Assembly: GCA_030390025.1 (NCBI GenBank)
Contig: CM059425.1
Span: 177,260,001 to 177,324,000, forward strand
Length of the DNA: 64,000 nucleotides
Origin: Squalus acanthias
Taxonomy: Eukaryota
Direction: 5' to 3'
Part shown: positions 1 through 13,480 of the stretch, one piece after another
Position numbering within the stretch: position 1 is the first letter of the stretch
How the letters are laid out: the number at the start of each line of letters is the position of its first letter
Notes under the pieces: model-generated
Told to the model about the DNA's origin: nothing
The model's database searches: none
Seen by the model: only the letters and a program-made list of their open reading frames with translations
Translations under genes and position numbers: made by a program

Positions 1-640
1 CGGGGCGGTGGGGGTGAATCGGGGCCAGAGGAGGATCGGGGCGGTGGGGGTGAATCGGGGCCAGAGGAGGATCGGGGCGGTGGGGGTGAATCGGGACCAG
101 AGGAGGATCGGGGCGGTGGGGGTGAATCGGGGCTGGAGGAGGATCGGGGCCGGAGGAGCATCAGGGGGCGGGGCCTGAGGAGGATCGGTGGGGGGGTGAG
201 TCAGGACCGGAGGAGGATTGGGGGTGGGGGAGGATCGAAGGGGGTGAATCAAGGCTGGAGAAGGATCGAGGCCGGAGGAGGATCGGCGGGGCGGTGGGGG
301 TGAATCGGGGCCGGAGGAGCATCAGTGGGGGGGTGGGGGTGAGTCAGGGCTGGAGGAGGATTAGTGGTGGGGGGGTGTCTGAATCGGGGTAAGAGGAGGA
401 TATGGGCCGAAGGAGGATCGGGGGGTGGTCGGGGCCGGAAGGTGATGGGGAGGGGGTGATCGGGGGCTGGAGGAGGATTGGGTCTGGAGGGGGGAGACCG
501 GGAAGGCGATCGAGGGCCGGAGCGGGGAGGTCGGAGGCCGGAAGGGGGAATCGGAGCCCTCAGGCGGGGGGGGTGGGGGGGGGGGCGGGGGGGAGGTCGG
601 AGGCCTCGGGGGTGAGGTTGGGGGGATAGTGGAAGGGTTG
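1..640. repeat. G-rich minisatellite (36-bp unit CGGGGCGGTGGGGGTGAATCGGGGCCAGAGGAGGAT, degenerating 3'-ward)
   Basis: Unit repeated almost perfectly about 3-4 times from base 1, then variants (GGAGGAGGATCGGGG). Probably internal to a non-autonomous DNA element whose end lies near 897 (AAAATTCCCC). Confidence 0.85.
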
Positions 641-1896
641 AGGGGGTGTCCGATGCGGGGGGTGGAAAGGTACTTACCTCCTGGATCCAGCAGTCCTCGC
701 CTCCCTTTAGCTGGCGGGTTCCCAAGATCCGGAATCCCGAGCAGCCAGAATTAAATTTGAAATGGTGGATCACCAGGAGGCCTGCCAGCCTCATTATAAT
801 ATTTAAGTGGGCGACCCGCCCCTGTCCCGCCTCCATTAAAACTGGAAGTGGGCGGGATGGAGACGGGTTGGGATCGGTTTCAGTTGTTAAAATTCCCCTC
901 ATAAAGTCTCATTCCCACAGGTAGTTAATTGGTGTTGAGATATTTAAAATTTAAAATGTTTCTTTTTCTCACTTTTCCTTTCTGTCTCTTTTCTCTTTCT
1001 CTTTCTTAATCCAATCTTTCTTTATTTTTCATTCTGTACCTGTTTTGACGCTAATTCACTCTCCTTCTCTGTCATTCCTTTGTTTATATCTCAATCCTTA
1101 AATCTTATTGGTTAAGGAGATACATTGTTGGTTCTGTCATTCACTAAGGTCCCAGATACTCCGTGCCTTCACCACGCCATTATCAGCTCACACTTCCAGC
1201 AACTTACAGGGCAAAAGTGTGTTGAGCTGAAAGGTGTAACTAACTGCCTCGCTCCAGCAGGATCTGGGCCGTTATTTCTCTCGGGTTTCTGCCACAGTTA
1301 TGGCGGAAGATCGAGGGAGCTCCCAAAGAAATTCTTCCCCCGATAATTTGATTGGTTAGGGTTCAAAGACTACCACGGCTTTGGTCCAAATACCTCGTCT
1401 GACATGTTAAAATTTGGGTGATGGCAGAAAACCTTCATTTTAAATCATAGGTATTTAGAAAAATGAAATTAAGATGCAAACTTACTTCTTTGTAACAAGA
1501 TTAAAAACTCTGCTTTCATCACACCTTTCGATAAGAGAAATAAGTAAGATGTTACAACAGGCAAATTTTCAGACCTTACTAGTAGCTGAGAAAGATTGTT
1601 GACGATTCTCATGCACAAATAGAACAGACTACAAAGAACTCCTCACTCTGTATTTCCATTTTCAGCTCACAAGGTATTTTATATTTCATTCTAATAGACC
1701 TCGCCTGATATACACTGTTTGGCAGCTTTTGCCTCTCTTTGCCAAATTTCATCTCAAGCAATGCATGCTGTTCTTTTCTTTATCCTGGCCAATATTTATC
1801 TCTCAACCAATATCATTAAAACAGAGTCATTGCTCATTTATCTCATTGCTGTATGTGGGACCTAATGTGTAAATTGGTTGCTGTATGTCCTACTCT

Positions 1897-4270
1897 TCAT
1901 AGGAACATAGGAACAGGAGTAGGCCATTTAGCCCCCTCGAGCCTGTTCCGCCATTCAGTGAGATCATGGCTGATCTGTGACCTAACTCCATATACCTGCC
2001 TTTGGCCCATATCCCTTAATACCTTTGGTTAACAAAAATCTATCAATCTCAAATTTAAAATTAACAATTGATCCAACATCAATTGCCGTTTGCGGAAGAG
2101 AGTTCCAAACTTCTACCACCCTTTGTGTGTAGAAGTGTTTCCTAATTTCATTCCTGAAAGGTCTGGCTCTCATTTTTAGATTATGGTCCCTAGTCCTAGA
2201 CTCCCCAACCAGTGGAAATAGTTTCTCTATTGACCCTATCTGTTCCCCTTAATATCTTGAAAACTTCGATCCGAACACCCCTTAACCTTAAAATCTAAAA
2301 TCTAGGGAACACAACCCTAATTTGTGTAATCTCTCCTCGTAATTTAACCCTTGGGGGTAAAAATTGGGTAACGCCCCCTTTAGGGTGCTACCTTCGCCAG
2401 GGCGCTACTTTTAGCGCCCCGAAAAAGTTAGCGCCCCGAGAGGGAGGAGGGGCTCTACTGGAAGCGCCCCGGGTCCCTCTTGGGGCGCTGCGAGCCAATA
2501 TTAAAGGGGAGGGGCCTGGCGCAGCGCGACCTGGCGCCCAGCTGGGCCACCAGGGATCGGGAGTGCCGGCAAATGAGCCCGGCACTCAAGAGGAGTGCCG
2601 GGCTCACGGAGAGCAGCCGGCACCCCGCGGGGGGGGCATCATGGGGGCCGGGGACAGCAACGGGGGCAGGTGCTGGCAGGCGGCCAGCAACAAAAATGTC
2701 CGCCCGCCACCTCCTCTTTAACTAGCGCCGCAGGTAGGCCCCCTGACCCCGGCGGACATAGTGTCCGGCGGTAAGTCAGGGGGCGCCATCCAATATTACA
2801 GCTGGGGCGTGAGCGGGGTGCTGTGCACGGCGATGACGTCACTGCCGGTGGCGCAGCGCCACGCAGCACTAACGGTTAGCACCGCTGCTAACCTCCCGCT
2901 GAATTTCGCAGGTGGTGTTAGCAGTGCCGCGCCCAGGCGCTAGTTGATTTGCGCCCCGTTAGCACCCTCTTAGAGAGGCGCAAATCAACCGAATTTAGCC
3001 CCCTCGGAATCCGGGTATCATTCTGGTAAACTTACACTGCACTCCCTCCAAGGCCAATATGTCCTTCCTAAGGTGTGGTATCCAGAACTGCTCACAGTAC
3101 TCCAGGTGTGGTCTAACCAGGGCTTTGTATAGCTGCAGCATAACTTCTACTCCCTTGTATTCTAGTCCTCTAGATAAAAAGGCCAGCATTCCATTAGCCT
3201 TTTTGATTATTTTCTGTACCTGTTCATGACATTTTAATAATTTATGTACCTGGACCCCCAAGTCTCTTTGGACCACCACTGTTTTTAGCTTTTTACCATT
3301 TAGAAAGTACCCTGTTCTATCTTTTTTAGGTCCAAAGTGGATGACCTCACATTTGCTTACATTGAAATCCATTTGCCATAGTTTTGCCCATTCACTTAAT
3401 CTGTCAATATCCCTTTGTAATTTTATGCTTTCGTCTACACTGCCTACAATGCCACCTATCTTTGTGTCATTGGCAAATTTGGATATGTCGCTTTCTATGC
3501 CATCATCTAAGTCATTAATAAATACTGTGACTAGTTGAGGCCCCAACACAGATCCCTACGGGACGCCACTAGTCACATCCTGCCAATTAGAGCACCTGCC
3601 CATTATCCTTACTCTCTGGCTCCTGCCACTCAGCCAATTTTCTAACCAGGTCAATAATTTGCCTTCAATTCCATGGGCTTCTACCTTAGATAACAGTCTC
3701 TTAGGTAGGACTTTATCAAATGCCTTCTGGAAGTCCATATAAATAACATCCATAGACATTCTCCTATCTACTACTTTAGTCACCTCCTCAAAAAATTCAA
3801 TTAGGTTTGTCAGGCATGACCTACCTTTCACAAATCCATGCTGGCTCTCTCTGAACAATTAAAATTTTTTGAGGTGTTCAGTCACCCTATCCTTAATTAT
3901 AGACTCTAGTAATTTCCTGACAACAGATATTAAGCTATCTGGTCTATAATTCCCTGGTTTCCTTCTCTCGCCATTCTTAAATAGTGGAGTGACATGCACA
4001 ATTTTCCAATCTAAAGGAACCGTTCCTGAATCGAGAGAACTTTGGAAGATTAGAGTTAGGGCATCTGCAATGTGCTCACCTACTTCCATGGAAACCATCT
4101 GGTCCTGGGGATTTGTCACTCTTAAGTGCCATTATTTTCTTCATTACCGTTATTTTACGTACGTTAATTTTATTGAGTCCCTGTCGCTGATTTAATATTA
4201 GTTTCCTTGGGATTTCTGGCATGCTATCCTCTTCCTCTACTGTAAATACTGACGCAAAGTAATTATTCAA
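1897..4270 (-). mobile_element. 5'-truncated CR1 LINE (RT and C-terminal ORF2 fragments, disrupted)
   Basis: ORF pieces with [33 protein letters not shown] and LVRPHLEYC; (CATAGGAA)n tail at about 1897-1915; split by the MITE at 2354-3003. Confidence 0.93.
2354..3003. mobile_element. PIF/Harbinger-type MITE inserted in CR1
   Basis: Termini GGGGTAAAAATT...AATTTAGCCCCC with GC-rich subterminal inverted repeats; 3-bp TSD-like TTG/TCG; CR1 sequence rejoins across it. Confidence 0.85.
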
Positions 4271-4410
4271 AGGTACTTAATTGTCTGTGAAGTGTCATGG
4301 TGCACCTTGAGGATGTGAAAGATGCTATATGAATACAAGTTCCTTTCTTTCTTCTTGCTTTCCTTATTTCTTTCCTTTCTTTCTCTGTCTCTTTTCTCTT
4401 TCTTTTTTAG

Positions 4411-4466
4411 AAAAGGTGACCTTCAAAAGATCCCAACTTGCGAGGACCAGTGGTGGCAGGCAACAA
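4411..4466 (+). other. Candidate exon, SH3-like peptide KGDLQKIPTCEDQWWQAT
   Basis: Long polypyrimidine tract plus TAG acceptor at 4410; GTAAAT donor at 4467; peptide resembles the SH3 segment KGD-x-D/E-x-WW-x-A. Confidence 0.35.
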
Positions 4467-5326
4467 GTAAATCCATTTAGCCATTAACAATCTATCCCAT
4501 TTTATTCTCAGTTTAAGGTGTCGAGTGGGGAATAAGGGAGCTGGGTTGATGCTTTGGGTGTGAACCAACCTCCGTGACACAGCCCTGGCAGGGGACTCTA
4601 GGCCTGGGGTGTTGTCCTGTTCTTTCCATCTTTTCGGGACTGAATGGCCTCGCTGTTTTCATTTTTGACCTTGTGTCTATCCCAGGTTTTTTTTAGCATC
4701 ATAACTATTTGCATGTTTTTTTAAAATACCTTTTCATTGCCTCATCAAACTGTTCTTTTATATAATTTCACAGGTTCCTAGTGTTCTATTAAGCAGCCTG
4801 GAGGTCATTCAACCCATTAACTTCCTTCTGGTGATTGGGATATCTGTTGTCTGTTAAAGGCCCTATATAAATGGAAGTTGCTGTTGCTGAAGTCCAGGTA
4901 GACACTGACTCATTTAACTTTGGGTGGTGTTGAGTTGTGAAAGTCTGCCTCCTGTGGCATGAAATCTCTTGGCTCCTCCTTCAAATAACCAACATTTCGA
5001 GACTTGATGCTGCATGCAAGCAGCAGATTTCAGCAACAGAGTCCTCCTCCAATGAATATGCCCAGCTCTCCTCACCATACAAACTCTGCCAGATCTCTCT
5101 GGTTCTTTAATGCAAGGTTTAAATGAGAGAAATGAACTTGGCATGGGGATGAAGTAATCTTGAGTATGCGCATTAATTGCTGCTTAACAAACATTTAACA
5201 AACAGAAAAATTGTTAATGCCAAGACAGCTTTAGTTAACAACCAGTAAATTGCACTAATTAACAAATAATCTTTCTTGTACCATGAAACCATTGAAGGGT
5301 TTGTAATGTCATTGTTTCAACTACTA

Positions 5327-5690
5327 CAGGAAACTCTCTTTTAACCGGCACCCAAATAACCGGAAATCTCTCTTAACCGGCAAAATTCTTGAGTAGGTAA
5401 CCGGGCTTTTCCTTCATCTCTCCTTTAAAAATAACTTTAAAAAAAACCCCGAGGCGTTTGCCTTGTATCGGAGCATGTAGATTGGGAGGGGAATGTGCAG
5501 CCCGGGTAGGCAGCGGACACGACAGATGGTCAGCTGGCGGTCCCCGGGGAGACGGAGCTCCGAATGCAGGCACATGTCAATGTGTACGGGGCTCTCGTAC
5601 GTTGGGAGATATAACTCTCCGTTATCCGGACTTTTTGATTAACCGGCACCACGCCGGTCCCGTCGGTGCCGGTTAATAAAGAGTTTCCTG
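5327..5690. mobile_element. Tc1/mariner (pogo/Tigger-type) MITE
   Basis: 26-bp TIR CAGGAAACTCT(C/T)T(T/A)TTAACCGGCACC at both ends, TA duplication at 5325-5326 and 5691-5692, internal TAACCGG repeats. Confidence 0.92.
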
Positions 5691-6429
5691 TAGTATACAT
5701 CTGCAGTAGTTCAGAACAGTACAGCAATTAATTATTGAAATTATAACTACTTGTTGCTAACCTACTTTTATTAAGGACAATATTTGAAGGATAAACAGGT
5801 CTAAGATTTTGAAGAGTGGTCCACCACTACTGTGGTATCATTTCAGAAAGCCGAGTAGTTTAATATAACATTTACAAAAGGTCAGTCACGACTATGTGGG
5901 TGTTCATAGGAAAGGATCGCACAGAAATCTAGGCTATCGCCACAGGGATTTAATGTGATGCGAATGTTCTTATTCCAGTTCTCAAACCAGCTGAAGCCAG
6001 ACTTTGAGCTGGCATACAGACCAGAGACAGACAGCTCATGCTTTCTATTAGTGTCAGGCAGGGAGGTGGATTTTCATGTGCAAAATGGCATGTAGAAATC
6101 TCAGCAATATCCTTCTTGGGAAATCACTTGATCTGATCTGAATTACTCATTTTGGTTATTTTTTAACCTATTCTCCATGTATTTAAATAGGTTTGTGTCA
6201 GTCTCTCTTTTTTTGATCATTAATCTAATTCCTAACAATCTCTGATCTTGACAGCAAATAGAATCTTCTAAATAAAGGTAAATTAAATCAGAACAAGACT
6301 GTTAAACTTTAAATTCAGGCACTCGGTCAGGAAGGGGAGGAGAGAGCTACAAGTAATTGTCTTTGTCTCAAAGCATTTAAAGAAACTGTAAATTATAGTT
6401 TGTCCCTTATTAACTCTCATTATTTGGGT

Positions 6430-6880
6430 GCCAAATACATCTCCCTTCCTGGCTGCTTGTTCACTCTGAAACTGCAGGTGCACAACCTTGGTACCCTGTT
6501 GAAACCTGAGCTTAGCTTCGAACCTCAGATCCAGTCCATCTCTAAGACCACTTACTTTCACCTCCAGAACGTTACCCACTTATGCGCCTACCACAGTTTC
6601 ACATCAATGAAACCTTCGTCTGCACCTTAGTCCCTCAATGCTTTCCTTGCCCGACTTCACTCCACACAGATTCCAACTCATCCAGAACTCTGCCAACTGT
6701 ATCCCATCTGGCACAGCATTCTGCCCGCCAATCACTCCTGTCCTCGTGAACCTCAATTGACTCTCTTTCCCCCAGGCAATCAACTTCAAAAACATAGCCA
6801 CGCCCCACCCAGCCTCTGCCATCTCCTCTAGCCCTACATCCCAACACACAACCTTAACTCCTCCCACTCTGGCTTGCTGA
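6430..6880 (+). mobile_element. Decayed L2-type LINE fragment
   Basis: Translates as NLGTLLKPELSFEPQIQSISKTTYFHLQNV, typical of the L2 ORF2 C-terminal region. Confidence 0.7.
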
Positions 6881-7714
6881 TCCCCCTCCCCTTCAAGAAT
6901 TTGGCAGAAACCCCCAAAAACGGGTGGGTTTGGGTCAGGTAGGATATTAAAATGTTAAAAATCTGAATCCCCACCCCAACCCACATCCAACCTGCCCACT
7001 TCTGGTTAGACAATAAGAAAAAAAAGGCTGAGTTAGAAATTGCATTCATGCTCTTACAGGAAGGTTGTCAATCAGACTGTACCAGGATAGCCCATGATAT
7101 GGTTTCTTTTGCCCACAAATGCTACAGCTTCCATGCATCCTGCGGCCATCCACAATAACTCTCTAATTGGTTTCTTAGTTCGATGGTGGACTGCAGTTTT
7201 TGGCTTTGCCTAATGGCTTGTCTCACATCCCCATCCCTAACATTCCTACATCAGTGATTGGGTCAATGAAATGCCTCAAGGCCATTTTGAAATGCTCTTA
7301 TTCGTCATAATCTTAACATTTTCCATACATAGTATTTTACAATACTGCATTATATATACTTTGTAATATTTCCAATCTAGTTGGGCTCAATAGCAACGTA
7401 ATCTGATGCTACCTCTACTGTACCACCAGTACCCTGGTCTTTCCAAGTTGAGCACAAGACTGGTCACTTTAACTTTTTTCAGTTTGCGAGTGGACTTGTA
7501 CATTATTTAGAGAAACTGAATCAATTTGTCTATAAGCGATGTAACTCTGGTGGCACAAGTGTGGCAGTGTTGTTTAATGCACCTTATCTGAGCTGAAGTC
7601 CTTAGTACTACTTTCTTCTGAAAAACCTCTTTTTGAGGAATTTATTTCTTTCCTGTGTTCCAGTAGTTGACCTTAATTTTCTTTAGGGTTTGGCAGAGTT
7701 TGCATCTGTCAGCA

Positions 7715-8235
7715 GCATATCTCCCTGACTGCCCTCTCATCTTCCACCCTCCATAAACTTAAGCTCATCCAAAACTCTGCTGCCCTCTGCTATCCTAACT
7801 TGCACCAGGTCCCGTTCATCCATCACCCCTGTGCTTGCTGACCTACATTGGCTCCCGGTACCTGAATGCCTCCATTTTAAAATTCTCATCCTCATTTTCA
7901 AATCCCTCCAAGGCATCATCCCTCCTCCAGTCCTGCAACCCTCCAAGAACTTTGCAATCCTCCAAATCTGGCTGTTTGTCCATCCCTCAATTTCTTCACC
8001 CCCACATTGGCAGCCAGACCTTCAGCTGCCTAGGCCCTAAGCTCTGGAATCCCTCCCTAAACCTCTCCACCTCTCTCCCCTCCTTTAAGGCCCTCCTTAA
8101 AACCTACCTCATTGACCAATCTTTTAGTCACCTGTCCTAATGGCTTGGTGTCAATTTGTGGCTGATTATGCTCCCTTGAAGTACCTTGTGATCTTTTACC
8201 CTGTTAAAGGGGTTATATAAGTGCAAATTATTGTG
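7715..8235 (+). mobile_element. L2-type LINE 3' end
   Basis: LADLHWLPV..FKILILIFKSL and FKALLKTYL motifs, followed by 3' UTR and tail (GGTTATATAAGTGCAAATTATTG). Confidence 0.8.
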
Positions 8236-8822
8236 GTTGTTCACATGGTTTCACATTGTCAACATGGTGCTGAAAGTGTCTTGTTCCTATATGAAGTGAG
8301 TGATAACTCTATCCATATGGATTCTTCAGCTTACTGCACTTCTGAGTTCTCAATGATTGCCATCCATGTGACTCCATATTGCCTAGCACTTGGCCCAATG
8401 CAAGCATGATAAGATGGAACATTTTGCAGCCTGTGTAGGGTGGGGGTGGGGGGGTGGGGGGTAAGGAGGAGGATTTAACCCTCTTTATTGGATGCACATA
8501 CTAACAGGATGCATGATTTTAGAACTAATTCGTTCATTTTATATGTACAAAAATGTTCAATTGATATTCAAGACTGGTAGCTTGTACCATTCTTAAATCC
8601 TTTGATACATATCTCTAGAGAACCATGTCAATTTGGATTCACATTTTGTCTTACTATTTTTCAACACTCCATATTGTGTATAAAGCTTATGAGAATAAGA
8701 AATGTTGATCCAGTTAAAATATGGTAGATTCCTTTGAGAAATCAAGGGAAAGATCAAAGCCTATAATGCAGCACACCACCAAGGTTGAAAGTAATAGGAG
8801 AGAGGACAAGATAGGAGATAAA

Positions 8823-8955
8823 GGGCAAAGTTTATGAATTCAGCCTCTATGTACAGAGCTTCACCTGCCAGGCATGCATATCGGGAATTCAGGTGCAGTG
8901 GTAGGTGGGGTCCTCAGGATTTTCCATCCATTACACAAATTCATAAAATTTACCT
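8823..8955. mobile_element. Short Harbinger-like MITE
   Basis: Imperfect TIR GGGCAAAGTTTATGAATT / AATTCATAAAATTTACCT. Confidence 0.5.
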
Positions 8956-9125
8956 TAGGAGCAAACAACTTTTCTGCACCAGTAATTAAATATTTTCTGT
9001 TGGAAACAGATAAAAATCTGAGTACTGTTTAGAAACCATTACTGTCATAGTCGGCAATGCTTTTGATTTAAAGCCCAGTCATTGCTGTCCTGTAATATAT
9101 CAGTGATTAAACACAAGTTCAATAA

Positions 9126-12100
9126 GGACACAAGAACATAACAAATAGGAGCAGGAGTAGGTCATTCGGCCCTTCGAGCCTGCTCCGCCATTCAATGAGA
9201 TCATGGCTGATCTTCTACCTCAACTCAACCTTCCTGCACTATCCCCATATCCCATGATTCCCTTGATATCCAAAAATCTATCGATCTCTGTCTTGAATAT
9301 ACTCAACGACTGAGCATCCACAGCTTTATGGGGTAGAGAATTCCAAAGATTCACAACCCTTTGAGTGAAGAAATGTCTTCTCATCTCAGTCCCAAATGGT
9401 CGATCCCTTATTCTGAGACTGTGACCCCTGGTTCTAGACTCCCCAGCCAGGGGAAACATCCTCCCAGCATCTACCCTGTCAAACCCTTTAAGAATTTTGT
9501 ATGTTTCAATGAGATCACCTCTCATTCTTCTAAACCCAAGGGAATATAGGCCTAGTCTACTTGATCTCTCCTCATAGGACAATCCGCTCATCCCAGGAAT
9601 CAGTCTAGTGAACATTCGTTGCACTCACTCTAAGACAAGTATATACTTCCTTAGGTAAGGAGATCAAAACTGTACACAGTACTCCAGGTGTGGCCTCACC
9701 AAGGCCCTATATAATTGTAGTAAGACTTTATTACTCTTATACTTCAATCCCTTTGTCATAAAGGCTAACATGCCATTTGCTATCCGAATTGCTTGCTGTA
9801 CCTGCATGTTAACTTTCTGTCATTCGTATATAAGGATGCCAAGATCCCTCTAAATACCAACATTTCTCAGTCTCTGACCATATAAAAAATATTCTGCTTT
9901 TCTATTTTTCCTTCCAAAGTGGATAACTTCATACTTCTGCCCATTATATTCCATCTGCCATGTTCTTGCCCACTCACTTAACCTGTCAATATCCTTGTGC
10001 TGCCTCTTTGCATTTTTCTCACAGCTTACTTTCTCCCTCATCTAATTCATTGATTTAGATTGTAAATAGCTGAGGCCCAAGCACTGACCCTTGCGGTACC
10101 CCACCAGTTATAATCTGCCAACCCAAAAATGACCCGTTTATTCCTACTCTCTGTTTTCTGTCCATTAATGAATCTTCAATCCATGCTAATATATTAAGAA
10201 CATATAAGAACATAAGAAATAGGAGCAGGAGTAGGCCATTCGACCCTTCGAGCCTGCTCCGCCATTCAATGAGATCATGGCTGATCTTCTGCTTCAATTC
10301 CATTCACCGGCCTTATCGCCATATACCTTGATGCCCTTACTAGTCAGAAATCTATCAACTTCTGTTTTGAATATACCCAATGACTGAGCCTCCACAGCCG
10401 TCTGGGGTAGAGAATTCCAAAGATTCACCACCCTCTGTGTGAAGAAATTTCTTCTCATCTCAGTCCTGAATGGCTTACCCTTTATGCTGAGGCTGTGGTC
10501 CCTGGTTCTAGACTCCCCAGCCAAGGGAAACATTCTCCCAGCATCCACCCTATCAAGCCCTGTAATAATTTTGTGTACTTCAATGAGATCCCCTCTCATT
10601 CTTCTGAATTCAAGAGAATACAGGCCTAGTTTACTCAATCTCTTTTCATATGACAGTCCCGCCATCCCAGGAATCAATCTCATGAACTTTCGTTGCATTC
10701 CCTCTATGGCAAGTATATCCTTCCTTAGGTAAGGAGACCAAAATTGTACACAGTACTCCAGGTGTGGTTTCACCAAGGCCCTATATAATTGGAGTAAGAC
10801 TTCTTTACTCCTGTACTCAAATCCTCTTGTAATGAAGGCCAGCATACCATTTGTCTTCCTAATGGCTTGCTGCACCTGCACATTCACTTTCAGTGGCTCA
10901 TGTACAAGGACACCCAGGTCCCTTTGAGCATCTGCATTCCCCAATTTTTCACCATTTCGGAAATACTCTGCCTTTCTGTTTTTTCTACCAAAGTGGATAA
11001 CTTCACATTTATCCACATTATATTCCATCTGCCATGTTCTCGCCCACTCACTGAGCCTGTCGAGATCCCCTTGTAGCCTCTTCACATCTGACACTGCCAC
11101 CTAGCTTTGTGTCATCAGCAAATTTGGAAATGTTATATTTAGTCCCCTCATCCAAATCATTGACATAGATTGTTAATAGCTGGGGCCCAAGCACCGATCC
11201 TTGTGGTACCCCACTAGACACAGCCTGCCATCCTGAAAAAGACCCGTTTATCCCTACTCTTTGTTTTCTGTCTGTTAACCAATTCTCAATCCATGCTAGT
11301 ATATTACCCCCAATTCCATGTGCCCTAATTTTGTTCACCAACCTCTTGTATGGGACCTTATCGAAGGCCTTCTGAAAATCCAAATACACCGCATCTACCG
11401 GTTCCCCTTTGTCTACTCCACTAGTTACATCCTCAAAGAACTCCAATAGGTTTGTCAAACAGGATTTCCCTTTCATAAATCCATGTTGACTCTGCCCAAT
11501 CTTACTATTAGTTTCTAAGTGCCCAGTTAGTGCATCCTTTATAATAGATTCCAGCATTTTCCCAACTACTGATGTGAGGCTAACAGGTCTGTAGTTCCCC
11601 GTTTTCTCTCTCCCTCCTTTCTTAAATAGTGGGGTTACATTTGCTATCCTCCAATCTGCAGGAACCGTTCCCGAATCTATAGAATTTGGAAGATGACAAC
11701 AAATGCGTTCACTATCCCAATGGCCACCTCTTTCAAAACCCTAGGATGTAGGTCATCCGGTCCTTGGGATTTATCGACTTTTAGACCCATTAATTTTGCG
11801 AGTAATCCCATTAATTTTACCTCCAGTCCCATTAGCCCTAATTTTGTGTAATAACCTCTTGTGTGGCACCTTATCGAATGCTTTCTGAAAATCCAAATAC
11901 ACTATCATCCACTGGTTCTCCCTTATCCACACTGCTAGTTACAACCTCAAAAAAACCCTTACAGATTTGTCAAACACGACTTCCCTTTCATAAATCTGTG
12001 TGGGCTCTGTCCAATCATATTACGATTTTCAAAGTGTCCTGTTACCACGTCCCTAATAATAGATTCTAGCATTTTCCCTACTACTGATGTCAGGCTAACT

Positions 12101-13480
12101 AATCTATAATTATATTTTCTCTCTCCCTCCTTTCTTGAATAGTGGGGTTACATTTGCTACCTTCCAATCCACGGGGAGCATTCTAGAATCTAGGAAATTC
12201 TGGAAGATCAAAACCAATGCGTCCACTATCTCTGTAGCTACCTCTTTTAAAATCCTAGGATGTAGGCCATCAGTTCCAAGGTATTTGTCGACTTTTATTC
12301 CCATTAATTTCTCTAGTACTATTTCTTTACTAATACTAATTTCTTTAAGTTTCTCATTCTCTCTAGACCCTTGGTTCCCCATTATTTCTGGAATGTTATT
12401 TATGTCTTCTATTGTGAAGGTATCTACAAAGTATTTGCTTAATGTCTCTGCCATTTCCTTATTTCCAATTATAATTTCTCATGTCTCTGCCTCTAAGGGA
12501 CTCACATTTACTTTCGCTAATCTCTTCCTTTTTACATATTGATAGAAGCTTTTACAATCTGTTTTTATGTCTCTTGCTAGTTTACTCTCATAGCCTTTTT
12601 TCTCTTTCTTTATCAATTTCTTGGTCCTCCTTTGCTGAATTCTAAAATCTTCCTCAGGCTTACTACTCTTTTTGGCAATATTATAAGCCTCTTCCTTTAA
12701 TCTAATACTATCTTTAACTTTACTTGTTAGCCACAGTTGGACTACTAATCCCATGGGTTTTTTATTCCTTAGGGGAATGTATATTCTTTGTGAATTATGA
12801 ATGAATTCTTTAAATATTTGCCATTGCTTAACTACCATCATATCATTTAATCTAGTTTCCCAATCTACATTAGCCAACATGCCCCTCATATCTACATAGT
12901 TTGCTTTGTTCAGATTTAAGACCCTAGTTTCAGACTTAAGTAAATCACTCCCAAACACAATGTGAAATTCTATCATATTATGATCACTCTTCCCTACCTT
13001 TACTACAAGGTTATTAATTAACCCTGTCTCATTGCATCTAAAATAATCTGTTCCCATGTTGGTTCCTCGACATACTGATATAGAAAACTATATTGAATAC
13101 ATTCCATGAACTCGTCCTCCACACTATTACTGCAAATTTGGTTTGCTCAGTCTATATGAAGATTAAAGTCACCCATGATTACTGTATTACCCTTGTTACG
13201 TGCACCTCTAATTTCCTGATTTTTACTCTGCCCGACACTACAACTACTGTTAGGGGGCCTATAAACTACTCCCACCTGTGTTTTCTGCCTCTTGATGTTT
13301 CTTAGCTCCACCCAAACTGATTCGACATCTTGATTTTCCAAGCTAAGATCTTTTCTTTCTACTCTCTTTATCCCGTCCTTTATTAGCAGGGCTACCCCAC
13401 CCCTCACCTCCTTTTCCATTTTGCCTATCTCTTCCAAAAGACAAGTATCCTGGAATATTTAGTTCCCAACCCTGGTCACG
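9126..13480 (-). mobile_element. CR1 LINE (APE endonuclease to 3' tail), degenerate, host of a nested CR1
   Basis: APE motifs (GGGVALLIK, VVYRPPN, MGDFNL, SDHNMI) at 13437-12480; RT pieces at 12454-11820 and 10195-9220; AAGAACAT-type tail near 9126-9145. Confidence 0.9.
10196..11815 (-). mobile_element. Younger 5'-truncated CR1 nested in the older CR1
   Basis: RT ORFs 11048-11557 ([28 protein letters not shown]) and 10294-11100; own (CATAAGAA)n tail at 10196-10220; host CR1 resumes at about 11818. Confidence 0.92.

Noticed and set aside
1..200. CRISPR-like 36-bp periodicity
   Set aside because: Head-to-tail tandem repeat without unique spacers, in a eukaryotic context with no cas genes.
249..902. 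217-aa proline-rich ORF
   Set aside because: By-product of the C-rich strand of the minisatellite.
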